Of a stretch of 64,000 nucleotides of DNA, positions 1 to 7,837 are shown piece by piece; the first letter of the stretch is position 1, and each line of letters starts with the position of its first letter. The position numbers were made by a program, and so were the translations under genes. This stretch comes from Candidatus Woesearchaeota archaeon. Its GTDB lineage: Archaea; Nanobdellota; Nanobdellia; Woesearchaeales; UBA11576. The notes beneath the pieces were generated by a model. That model was given only the letters and a program-made list of their open reading frames with translations. It had not been told where the DNA came from and did no database searches. The DNA lies in NCBI GenBank assembly GCA_043819495.1, contig JBDRET010000030.1, positions 5,463 through 69,462 on the forward strand, in the 5' to 3' direction.

Positions 1-782
1 AACTTCTCTTTGTTCTTCACCTTCTGCAGTATCCCTGTGTGTATCAGCTCCAGGAGCCTGGGGACCACTGCTGCGTTTGTTATCTGCTCGTCCTGGAATG
101 CCTCGAATAGGTCTCTTGTCTTCAGGGTTTTCAGGTAGACTATGGTGGTCCGGTTAGACAGGAGCACAAGGAAACCTGCCACCTGCTCGAACACGTGGCT
201 TAGAGGGAGGACTGACAGGAACGTCTGTTTAGGGAATAGTCTGGCTGTAGCATTCACTGATATTACATTTGATATTATGTTCCTGTGCGTGAGCATCACT
301 CCTTTCGGATTGCCTGTAGTGCCTGACGTGTAAAGTATCTCTGCAAGGTCATTCCCATTCACTGTTGTGGTATCTTCTTCAGCCCCGATGCCTTCCAGGG
401 TGTCTAGGAGTTCCTCCATAAAGAATGATCTGTTTGCCTTTGGCTTGTATCTTGTCTGGAACACTATCTTAGGTCTGACCTGTTTGGCTATATCTTTGAC
501 AAAGTCTATGTTTGACCTCAGGTCGATCGGGACCAGGACCGCGCCTCTTAAGAAAGCGCCGAGCATCACCACAGCATACTCTATCCCGTTAGGGCTCCAC
601 ACTATTATGCAGTCTCCTTTCTTCACGTCCTTGTTCTTGAGGAATGCGGCGAACTTCTGTGAGAGTAGATACAGTTCCCTGTAGGTGTAGCTGAACCTGC
701 GGTATTCTTTCCTGTCTGTTATGGCGGTCTTATCAGAATCTTTCAGGCTCTTTACGAGTTCTTTCAGTGTCTTGAGATCCAT
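1..782 (-). CDS. AMP-dependent acyl-CoA/acyl-AMP synthetase (FadD-like), N-terminal part; 3' end runs off the window
   Basis: Absent from the ORF track because it is open to the window edge. My minus-strand translation from the ATG at 782 reads MDLKTLKELVKSL...GNDLAEILYTSGTTGNPKGVMLTHRN, the canonical AMP-binding signature. Plus-strand ORFs 142..333 and 367..684 are its shadows. Confidence 0.85.
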   Translation of the reverse strand, partial: MDLKTLKELVKSLKDSDKTAITDRKEYRRFSYTYRELYLLSQKFAAFLKNKDVKKGDCIIVWSPNGIEYAVVMLGAFLRGAVLVPIDLRSNIDFVKDIAKQVRPKIVFQTRYKPKANRSFFMEELLDTLEGIGAEEDTTTVNGNDLAEILYTSGTTGNPKGVMLTHRNIISNVISVNATARLFPKQTFLSVLPLSHVFEQVAGFLVLLSNRTTIVYLKTLKTRDLFEAFQDEQITNAAVVPRLLELIHTGILQKVKNKEK

Positions 783-783
783 T

Positions 784-1998
784 TTATTGGGTTTGTGGCT
801 TTTTTTCTTTGACAAAATACAATACTGCGGCGCCTGAAAAGAACAGCACTATCACGATAAGGAGGGCTTGCCTGAACCCGAACGCTACTGCCACAAGGCC
901 GTATAGGAATGGCCCGATGACACCTGAGAATTTCTCTGTCAATCCCTGGTAGCCTAACAGCTCTGCGGTCTTGTGCGGTGGGGCAAGGCTGATAAGGAGA
1001 GGCCTGCTTATGGTCCATATCGCTCCAAGCAGTGCTCCGCCGAGCAGGCCTACGGCGAGGAATGTCGCATAATTTGTATGTATGAACATGGTCAGGATCG
1101 CAATGCCCCACAGCGCGAGGACGATTGTAAGGGTCTTCTTATGTCCGATCTTATCGGTTATCTTTCCGAACAGCAGCGAGCCTATGCCTGCAGTGAAGGC
1201 CATCGCTATGTATAATGGCAGGAACTGGGCAAGAGCCATGCCCAGCTGGTCTTTGGCATACAGGAAAAGGAATATTATGGCTGTATTCGCGCCATCGACA
1301 TAGAGGAATGATGCAAGCAGGAAGAGCCAGACCTGTTTGTATTGCTTGATGCCTTTGATTGTGCTTATGACCTGTAGGGCTGCCTGTTTCAGGTGCTGCT
1401 TCTTTATCTTGGTCTCAGGGTCTTTCCTGACCAGGAAGAAGGTGAACATGGAGAATCCGAAGTAGAGCGCGCCAGTGAGCATGAAGACTATGCTTATTCC
1501 TTTTATGGTCTCGTAGCCGTAGAACTTTCCTATGATGAATGCGAGGACGACGCTGAGTATGGCTCCCATGTAACCGACAGCAGTGCCTAGCCCGGATATC
1601 CATCCCATGTTCTTCTTGTGGGTTATATCTACCAGCAGGGAGTCGTAGACGTCAAGGCTGGCGTGGTAGAAGAACATGGCAAGGAGAGCGAGCACAAGCA
1701 CCACAGTAAGCCCGAAGAATCCTGAGAGGAATGTCGCTGTGCAGCATGCTGTTGTGAATATGAACAGTAACAGTTTCTTCCTTTTTGTTATGTCTGCGAC
1801 AGCCCCGAGGAAAGGGACAAGCAGGCCTGCCATGAGCATGGATATGGATGTGATGAGGCCCACGTGGAATGCGTTCCCTCCTTTGAGCACTACGAATATC
1901 GGGAAATATACTGTCACGAAAAGTGCAGAGAAGATGGTGTCTGCAAAGTCATACATGCTCCAGCCGAATATCTGTCTCTTGTCGGTTCCAGGGGTCAT
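784..1998 (-). CDS. MFS transporter, UMF1/Atg22-like
   Basis: 404 aa with about 12 hydrophobic segments. The N-terminus FGWSMYDFADTIFSALFVTVYFPIF is typical of UMF1-type MFS. The stop lies 1 nt from the next gene's start. Confidence 0.75.
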   Translation of the reverse strand: MTPGTDKRQIFGWSMYDFADTIFSALFVTVYFPIFVVLKGGNAFHVGLITSISMLMAGLLVPFLGAVADITKRKKLLLFIFTTACCTATFLSGFFGLTVVLVLALLAMFFYHASLDVYDSLLVDITHKKNMGWISGLGTAVGYMGAILSVVLAFIIGKFYGYETIKGISIVFMLTGALYFGFSMFTFFLVRKDPETKIKKQHLKQAALQVISTIKGIKQYKQVWLFLLASFLYVDGANTAIIFLFLYAKDQLGMALAQFLPLYIAMAFTAGIGSLLFGKITDKIGHKKTLTIVLALWGIAILTMFIHTNYATFLAVGLLGGALLGAIWTISRPLLISLAPPHKTAELLGYQGLTEKFSGVIGPFLYGLVAVAFGFRQALLIVIVLFFSGAAVLYFVKEKKPQTQ

Positions 1999-2324
1999 CT
2001 TCCTCTGCTCTCCTTCACGAGTACTGTTGCCAGTGCATAGTCCTTATCATGGCTTATGCTGACGTCAAGCGGTTCGATACCCTCTATGCTTGTGATGATC
2101 ATCGGCCTTCCGGTCTTCTGCTTCCTTATCTCTACCTTGAGCCAGTCAGGCTTCCTGTCTATTGCCTTGAAGAATGCTTCTTTTGCCGCAAAGATGCCTG
2201 CGAGATGTTCAGGATTGTATTCGCGGCATTCTGTGGCGTGGAACACGTTCTCGATGAACTGCCTGTTCTCCATGAGCTTCTCGAACCTTGGGATGTATGT
2301 GATGTCGTTCCCGATTCTCATCAA
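1995..2324 (-). CDS. acpS: holo-[acyl-carrier-protein] synthase (4'-phosphopantetheinyl transferase)
   Basis: 109 aa. The blocks RIGNDI, HLAGIFAAKEAFFKA, VEIRKQKTGRPMI and VSISHDKDYALATV align with Bacillus/E. coli AcpS blocks. There is a 4-nt overlap with the MFS gene. Confidence 0.85.
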   Translation of the reverse strand: MMRIGNDITYIPRFEKLMENRQFIENVFHATECREYNPEHLAGIFAAKEAFFKAIDRKPDWLKVEIRKQKTGRPMIITSIEGIEPLDVSISHDKDYALATVLVKESRGR

Positions 2325-2408
2325 GGTATCACCAGATGTTGTTTCATTTTTCTGTTACATTGGTTCAGAATATATTTAACTTTTGGTATGTGTGAAAGAA
2401 ATAAGAGT

Positions 2409-3140
2409 CTACTCTTTGAGCTTGTATATGAATGCGTAATCATCCTCATACACGAGGTCAAAGCCCTTTATCGACCATCCATCTGACATGAGGAATATCA
2501 TCTTATTCATCACTGACGGCTTCGGGTCGCCGAGTTCGTCTATGTAGTTCTCAAGATTCTCGCCAAGTATCGTTGCCATGCCAAATATTTTCTTTCGGTC
2601 TATCTTAGATACAAAAGTCCATTTTGCATTGTATCTCTTCATGATGCTTATCGCGATTGCAGGACTGTCTGCGAGAAGTGCATAAGCGACATTTGTCATA
2701 TCTTCTTCACTTGCGAATTGACCAAGAGCAGCTTCATCCCACTCGTTTCCTCTGACTGTGCTGAGGAGCGAGTATGTGGGCGTGTATACTATCGGCTCTC
2801 TTCTTGCGTACCCTCTGAGTATGTGGCCATTGTCCCACCAGCTGAGTACCTTGTCGCTTGGTTTTGCATTTGCGCGCAGGTAGTCCAGTGCAGGTCTGAG
2901 TTTTGTCGGGAATTCTATCTTGTATAGTTTTTCATCCATGATGTACTGCAGTTCTGCTTGGGTGTAGTTGTTCTCTATATCTTCGATGATCAATGTTGTG
3001 ACTATCCTGGTTGATGGATCGACATCTTCGATGGTCTTATCGACCTCGATACCCCCCATGCAGCCTGTTGATGTCAGGAATAATGCTGCTACTATGGATA
3101 CTAATATAGATACTACAAGAAAGTTCAACCTCTTTTCCAT
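2409..3140 (-). CDS. single-pass membrane/lipobox-like protein homologous to the C-terminal (WWDYG) domain of STT3/AglB oligosaccharyltransferase
   Basis: 243 aa with the N-terminal anchor LVVSILVSIVAALFLTSTGC. ALDYLRANAKPSDKVLSWWDNGHILRGYARRE matches the STT3/AglB/PglB signature region (..WLrxNt..d.kVxSWWDYGyxI.g.a.R). There is no 13-TM N-terminal domain. Confidence 0.6.
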   Translation of the reverse strand: MEKRLNFLVVSILVSIVAALFLTSTGCMGGIEVDKTIEDVDPSTRIVTTLIIEDIENNYTQAELQYIMDEKLYKIEFPTKLRPALDYLRANAKPSDKVLSWWDNGHILRGYARREPIVYTPTYSLLSTVRGNEWDEAALGQFASEEDMTNVAYALLADSPAIAISIMKRYNAKWTFVSKIDRKKIFGMATILGENLENYIDELGDPKPSVMNKMIFLMSDGWSIKGFDLVYEDDYAFIYKLKE

Positions 3141-3162
3141 ACAGTACTCTCAGCTATTTTTG

Positions 3163-3170
3163 TTTATAAA
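3163..3170 (-). promoter_or_regulatory. TATA-box candidate (TTTATAAA) for the 2409..3140 gene
   Basis: A/T octamer about 23-30 nt upstream of the ATG at 3140, which suggests a leaderless or short-leader transcript. Confidence 0.4.
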
Positions 3171-3204
3171 TGTTGTGTTGGGTGTGAGAGAATCTATAGT
3201 AACA

Positions 3205-3360
3205 CGCCCTGCTCTGCTGCCGCATGCTTGAGGTTGAAATGTTGAAATGCTCAAATCATTCATGATTTGGCACGCCAAAACGTATGCGTTTTGAGCGTTT
3301 CCCCGAAGGGGTCCGTATTTATTGATTCATTTTGGTAAATCTGCAGCATGCTACCTTAGC
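3205..3360. other. GC-rich hairpin cluster in an intergenic spacer (candidate small RNA, unclassified)
   Basis: Tandem GTTGAAAT x2 (3233-3249); palindrome CAAATCAT-TC-ATGATTTG (3252-3269); hairpin CAAAACG-TATG-CGTTTTG (3276-3293); CCCC-GAA-GGGG (3301-3311). No ORF. Confidence 0.25.
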
Positions 3361-3409
3361 GTCACCGGTTTTGTCACTTATATTGCTACAAAAAGAAATT
3401 GTGTTAATA

Positions 3410-4207
3410 CTATATCCTGTTCTTATTAATTTGATAATACTTTATTGCGCTGATGAGATCCTTTTCCTTGAACTCTAGCCATAGTATCCCTGAGAAATAG
3501 ATGAGTGCGTGCGTGGAGTCCCATAATAGGAAACCATGCAGTCTCTTCCCTGTACCTGTCTTGATGATGAGGTCTGGAGGCAGGAAGTATGAGGAGTAGA
3601 TGTTGTCCTTCATTATCTCCTGGTCTATGGAATCGACGTCAGTCTTCTCTATCAGCGCTTTCCTGACTATTATCCTGCATGCGTCGACAATCTCCTCTTT
3701 CCCGTCATAATTGATGCATAGGTTGAGGAAGAAGTTATCATAATCTTTGGTCTCATCGATGACTCTTTTCATCGGCTCTACCACTCTGCTGGGAAGGTCA
3801 TACCACTTGCCGAGTATAGATACTTTGATCTTGCTCCTGAATATGTCTTTGTTCTGCAGGAGTTCCTTGAAGAATTCTGCAAGGGCGTCCATGGTCTCTG
3901 TGAAATCTTTTGCCTTGCTGATATTGGAATTTATCAGGTACAGTGTTATTATAGGGATGTCAAAGCAGAGTTGGTATCTTATGATCTCCTCTACTTTCTT
4001 GAATGCTCTCTTGTGGGCCTCTTTTCTTTCTTCTCCTGCATTCTTTGCCCACCTGCCCAGTCCTCCGACTGTCATGGCTATGTGCTTTGGCATATTTGCC
4101 TTCTCAGGATTGACTCCTTTCTTCCTTAATTGGTTCGCTATGAATTCTAGCAAGAATGTGACCTCCTTGTATGCTGATGTTCTGCATATCTGACCCTGCA
4201 CGCCCAA
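3410..4207 (-). CDS. uppS: cis-prenyltransferase (undecaprenyl/dolichyl diphosphate synthase family), divergent
   Basis: 265 aa. KHIAMTVGGLGRWA, NLCINYDGKEEIV and DLIIKTGTGKRLHGFLLW align with the UppS blocks RHVAIIMDGNGRWA, NIAANYGGRWDIV and DLVIRTGGEHRISNFLLW. Several catalytic positions are substituted. Confidence 0.7.
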   Translation of the reverse strand: MGVQGQICRTSAYKEVTFLLEFIANQLRKKGVNPEKANMPKHIAMTVGGLGRWAKNAGEERKEAHKRAFKKVEEIIRYQLCFDIPIITLYLINSNISKAKDFTETMDALAEFFKELLQNKDIFRSKIKVSILGKWYDLPSRVVEPMKRVIDETKDYDNFFLNLCINYDGKEEIVDACRIIVRKALIEKTDVDSIDQEIMKDNIYSSYFLPPDLIIKTGTGKRLHGFLLWDSTHALIYFSGILWLEFKEKDLISAIKYYQINKNRI

Positions 4208-4240
4208 CTCTTTTTCTATTCAATAATAACAACACAAATT

Positions 4241-4250
4241 ATTTATAAAT
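4241..4250. promoter_or_regulatory. shared/bidirectional TATA candidate (ATTTATAAAT)
   Basis: Palindromic A/T box 25 nt upstream of the ATG at 4270 (+) and about 38 nt upstream of the ATG at 4207 (-), in a 62-bp divergent spacer. Confidence 0.4.
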
Positions 4251-4269
4251 TTTGTCTTAGTGGGGTGTC

Positions 4270-5130
4270 ATGATAGCTGAATCTATACTTTTCACTATAG
4301 TCCTTATAGCTCTTCTGATAGGCACGTATACTGACTTTAAGGTCCGGGAAGTGCCTGATTGGCTCAATTACGGGCTCATATTCGTAGGTATAGGTCTGCG
4401 GCTCATATTCAGCATCGCTTACCATGATGCAGGCTACTTGCTTGAGGGAATTTTTGGGCTGGGCGCCTTCTTTGTCATCGCAATTGTCATGTTCTATGGG
4501 GGCCAGTGGGGTGGTGGTGATGCCAAGATGGTGATGGGTCTTGGAGCCTTGATTGGCCTTAAACTGAGTCTTGATGCCTTCCTGATAGGTTTTATGATCA
4601 ATATAGTGATATGTGGGGCCATATTTGGGATATTATTCAGCATTTATCTTGTGGCTTTGGACTTCCGATGTTTTGCAAAAGAGTTCAATAAGCGATTTAA
4701 GGAGAAGAAGCATGAGAAATGGGTTGTCTGGATAACAACTGTCGCCCTTCTTGTCCTGTCCACAGTCCTGCCTGTCCAGCTTAAGGTATCTGTGGTTGTC
4801 CTTGCAGGTATGCTCTTGCTGACTTTCTATATGTTTGTCTATCTTAAGGCAGTAGAGGCCGCATCAATGATAAAATGGGTATCTCCTGATAAGCTGACAG
4901 AAGGGGATTGGATAGTTGAGGATGTCATTGTTGGTGGTAAAAAGATCTGCGGACCAAAGGATCTTGGCATTGATATGTCGCAGATAAAGAAGCTCATCAG
5001 GTTGAGCAAGCAAGGCAAGGTGAAAAAGGTCCTGGTCAAGTACGGGATACCTTTTGTCCCAAGTTTCCTTCTTGCATTCCTTCTCACTTATTTCTTGGGG
5101 AATGTCATATTCAACATATTGGGTCTGTGA
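4270..5130 (+). CDS. type IV prepilin/preflagellin peptidase (A24 family, PibD/FlaK/EppA-like)
   Basis: 286 aa, polytopic. The two catalytic-Asp motifs are FKVREVPDW and QWGGGDAKMV (GxGDxK). Confidence 0.85.
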   Translation: MIAESILFTIVLIALLIGTYTDFKVREVPDWLNYGLIFVGIGLRLIFSIAYHDAGYLLEGIFGLGAFFVIAIVMFYGGQWGGGDAKMVMGLGALIGLKLSLDAFLIGFMINIVICGAIFGILFSIYLVALDFRCFAKEFNKRFKEKKHEKWVVWITTVALLVLSTVLPVQLKVSVVVLAGMLLLTFYMFVYLKAVEAASMIKWVSPDKLTEGDWIVEDVIVGGKKICGPKDLGIDMSQIKKLIRLSKQGKVKKVLVKYGIPFVPSFLLAFLLTYFLGNVIFNILGL

Positions 5131-5186
5131 ATTCTGTGGCAGGACATTCACGTCTTTTCTCAGGTCTTATTATTTAAATGAAAATG

Positions 5187-5194
5187 TTTAAATA
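5187..5194 (+). promoter_or_regulatory. TATA-box candidate (TTTAAATA) for pilin 1
   Basis: About 30 nt upstream of the ATG at 5222. Confidence 0.4.
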
Positions 5195-5221
5195 GGAGTC
5201 TAGGCTGGATTACTGATTAAG

Positions 5222-5722
5222 ATGGTATTCAAATCAAAAAAAGGACTCTCTCCGCTGATTGCAGCGGTACTTCTCATCGTCGTTGTTGTCGGGATCGGTG
5301 CTGTAGTGACTAGCATGGTCCGTGAAAAAGTGACTGATGACAAGAAGACAATAACAAAGACTTCATCTACTGTAGATTGTGCTACTCAAGTGAACATAAA
5401 GATATCCAAGCTTGAATCTGATGACCTGATATGCAAGGGTCCGAATTATATCAACGTCACCATAGAGAATATTGGAACTGACGTAGATGGATTCCAGCTG
5501 AAAGTATTTGGAGCGGATGGGTTCGTACAGAACGATAGCATGATGGATGCAGGTCTTGCGCGTGGTAAGCTGGCATTCAATTATCTGGCATATTTTGATT
5601 CAGCGATCACTGGAGAAGTCACTGAGATCTCGATAATACCTAAGATAAAGGTTGCAGGTTTCAGTGAATTGACATTATGTTCTGACTCTGCAATCAAGTA
5701 TGCAGGGATGTCTGACTGCTGA
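5222..5722 (+). CDS. archaeal type IV pilin (class III signal peptide), paralogue 1
   Basis: MVFKSKKG|LSPLIAAVLLIVVVVGIGAVV is a short basic leader, K-G, then a hydrophobic helix. Four conserved Cys, with the C-terminus ending ...SDC. Confidence 0.85.
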   Translation: MVFKSKKGLSPLIAAVLLIVVVVGIGAVVTSMVREKVTDDKKTITKTSSTVDCATQVNIKISKLESDDLICKGPNYINVTIENIGTDVDGFQLKVFGADGFVQNDSMMDAGLARGKLAFNYLAYFDSAITGEVTEISIIPKIKVAGFSELTLCSDSAIKYAGMSDC

Positions 5723-5770
5723 TTTTTCTTGTTATTTTTTTCTGTTTCATTTCTTTTTTCTTTTTTCGTA
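5723..5770 (+). terminator. oligo-T terminator region after pilin 1
   Basis: Several T5-T7 runs (gatttttcttgttatttttttctg...cttttttcttttttcg) directly after the stop codon. Archaeal termination uses oligo-T. Confidence 0.5.
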
Positions 5771-5951
5771 TTTGTTTAGCTAGTTTTAGCAGTGCCGCCG
5801 CTCTTGCGTCAGTAGAGTTAAGATGTGAAGACCGGGGCTAGCCATATTGACAACTGATTGGCTTTAGCCACTGCAAGACTGATTGCGCATGATTCCCGGT
5901 ACGCACACATAGCAGCGCGGCACTGCCAAAGCGTATGAGCTAAACAAATAC
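5768..5951. ncRNA. candidate structured RNA or hairpin DNA element A (three nested helices, unclassified)
   Basis: Perfect 14-bp outer helix 5768-5781/5938-5951, perfect 10-bp helix 5789-5798/5917-5926, and a 6-7-bp helix 5831-5836/5895-5900. It is a GC-rich island in a 393-bp spacer with no ORF. Confidence 0.4.
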
Positions 5952-6051
5952 CTTTTTTCTGTTTTAGTTTCTTTTTCATTCATGTGACTTGGTTTGACTT
6001 ATGTTCTGTTGTCACGCCAAGTATAATTCTGCGTATCCGTAAAAACAATAC

Positions 6052-6060
6052 TTTTAAATA
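6052..6060 (+). promoter_or_regulatory. TATA-box candidate (TTTTAAATA) for the pilin 2-4 transcript
   Basis: About 60 nt upstream of the ATG at 6119. AGAGGG, an SD-like element, lies 7 nt before the start. Confidence 0.35.
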
Positions 6061-6118
6061 CTAAAAGTTCAATAACCTCCTTAAAACCGGTTTGATTACC
6101 ATATAAAAGAGGGATTTG

Positions 6119-6655
6119 ATGTTATTGAAAGGTAAGAGCGCAATTTCTCCACTTATAGCCGCAGTTCTACTTGTAGTTGTAGTTGTGACTCTTGGTGCTG
6201 CAGTCATGACCATCGCCCGTAATTATCTCACCGAAGGTGAGAAACAGGTGACTATAGGAAAAGAATCCATAAAGTGTGGCAGGGATGTTGGATTGGGGTT
6301 TGTGCTGGTGAATGACAACTATCAGATATGCAATGGCACGAACGCTGATGATTCTGATCTTGCCTCTCTGAATTTCATGATTGAGAATACTGGAACTGTG
6401 CCGATCCTGGATTTGCAGGTACGTGTAGTGGGGTCTAGTGGTATAATCCAGAATGATTCTGTGCTGAATGGTACGCTCGCCACAGGAGGGGTCCAGCTGA
6501 TAAACATGAGTTATGATCCTGAACTATTGGGTAGTTTCAGGCAGGTAAAGGTAGTGCCAAGGATAAATCTTCCAGGGATCACTGAACATGCATTTTGCTC
6601 AGACGCAGGTGTGACCATCTCGTCTGTTCCTAATAATTGTACGACATACCAATAA
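6119..6655 (+). CDS. archaeal type IV pilin, paralogue 2
   Basis: MLLKGKSA|ISPLIAAVLLVVVVVTLGAAV, with the same 4-Cys pattern. The track starts at the TTG at 6116; the ATG at 6119 is preferred. Confidence 0.85.
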   Translation: MLLKGKSAISPLIAAVLLVVVVVTLGAAVMTIARNYLTEGEKQVTIGKESIKCGRDVGLGFVLVNDNYQICNGTNADDSDLASLNFMIENTGTVPILDLQVRVVGSSGIIQNDSVLNGTLATGGVQLINMSYDPELLGSFRQVKVVPRINLPGITEHAFCSDAGVTISSVPNNCTTYQ

Positions 6656-6670
6656 GGAGGTGTATTAGAC

Positions 6671-7207
6671 ATGAAAATATTGATGTCAAAAAAAGGTCTT
6701 TCACCATTGATCGCAGCAGTATTGCTGATTGTGGTCGTGGTAGGAATCGGAGCAGTCGTCACGGGAATCGTGAGGAATTATGTTACCGAGAATAAACAGA
6801 TTATAACAGAGAAAGCTTCTGATATGAAGTGTGGAGTTGAAGTGGGAATAAATATCCCTACTGTACTTGATGAAGTGAGGCTCTGTAAGGCAAGCGATTC
6901 AATCAAGTTTACAATGGAGAACACAGGGTCTACTACAATAGACGATCTTCAGGTGAAGTTCTTCGGTACTGGAGGTTTCGGATCTAATGATACTGTAGGT
7001 ACGATGACAACACTTTTTGGTGCTGATGGGATGAATGCTGGTGAGACTATAGAATTCAATGTGTCTTTCTCTTCTGCAGCCTTAGGACAGGATATAGTAA
7101 ATATCCAACAGATAAAGATAGTGCCTAGAGTCAAGGTTGTCGGAAGATCTGAGAAAGCATATTGTACTGATGCAGGACTCAGCTACAGTGATATGATTGA
7201 CTGTTAA
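6671..7207 (+). CDS. archaeal type IV pilin, paralogue 3
   Basis: MKILMSKKG|LSPLIAAVLLIVVVVGIGAVV, with a strong SD (GGAGGTG) 9 nt upstream. The C-terminus ends ...IDC. Confidence 0.9.
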   Translation: MKILMSKKGLSPLIAAVLLIVVVVGIGAVVTGIVRNYVTENKQIITEKASDMKCGVEVGINIPTVLDEVRLCKASDSIKFTMENTGSTTIDDLQVKFFGTGGFGSNDTVGTMTTLFGADGMNAGETIEFNVSFSSAALGQDIVNIQQIKIVPRVKVVGRSEKAYCTDAGLSYSDMIDC

Positions 7208-7256
7208 TCCATTATTTTTTCTTTTATTTTTAATTGACCGGTAAGAGTGTTTAACT

Positions 7257-7760
7257 ATGTTTAAGTCTAAACGTGCATTGTCACCACTGATTGCATCAGT
7301 CCTCCTTATTGTCGTAGTCGTAGGCATAGGCGCTGTGGTGACCAGCATGTTGAGAGGGATGGTCCAGGAGAATAAGCAGACCATCGAGAGCAAGAGTGAC
7401 CAGATATCCTGTTCCAGCGATGTCATGGTCGAAGTCATAAGGATTGATGGTATCTCTCAGATATGTAAAGGGGCAGGTTATATCGATGTTGTGCTTGAGA
7501 ATGCTGGCGGGGAGATAGATGATTTCCAGCTGGTGGTGGTCGGCACTACAGGGATATACACCAATGATTCTATCATGGGTGGCAAGGTTTTTGCCCGTGG
7601 TCAGGCGATGGAGCTGAATGGGACATTTGATACTTCTGTAGTTGCTTCTGGCAATGTCATACAGGCCAAGTTTGTCCCTAAACTCAAGAAGAAAAGCGGC
7701 GGGGGATTCAATTATTGTTTTGATGTAGCGATCGTAGCGACCACTATGGATGATTGTTAG
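7257..7760 (+). CDS. archaeal type IV pilin, paralogue 4
   Basis: MFKSKRA|LSPLIASVLLIVVVVGIGAVV, with the same 4-Cys pattern. The C-terminus ends ...DDC. Confidence 0.9.
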   Translation: MFKSKRALSPLIASVLLIVVVVGIGAVVTSMLRGMVQENKQTIESKSDQISCSSDVMVEVIRIDGISQICKGAGYIDVVLENAGGEIDDFQLVVVGTTGIYTNDSIMGGKVFARGQAMELNGTFDTSVVASGNVIQAKFVPKLKKKSGGGFNYCFDVAIVATTMDDC

Positions 7761-7763
7761 GTA

Positions 7764-7777
7764 TTTTTTTATCTTTT
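7764..7777 (+). terminator. oligo-T terminator after pilin 4
   Basis: A T7 run followed by a T4 run, 4 nt after the stop. Confidence 0.5.
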
Positions 7778-7837
7778 AGTGTTCTGCAAAATATAAATTT
7801 GAAGCAAGTGATACTGCTATTTTATTTCTCTATTGAA

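Noticed and set aside
142-684. Plus-strand track ORFs 142..333 and 367..684
   Set aside because: They lie antisense to a much better minus-strand reading frame that carries the AMP-binding signature and is open to the window edge. They are shadow ORFs.
5830-5902. Possible tRNA inside element A (ACCGGG...CCCGGT could be an acceptor stem)
   Set aside because: There are no D-arm or T-arm consensus sequences (no GG in a D-loop context, no GTTCRANYC), and the spacing does not fit a cloverleaf on either strand.
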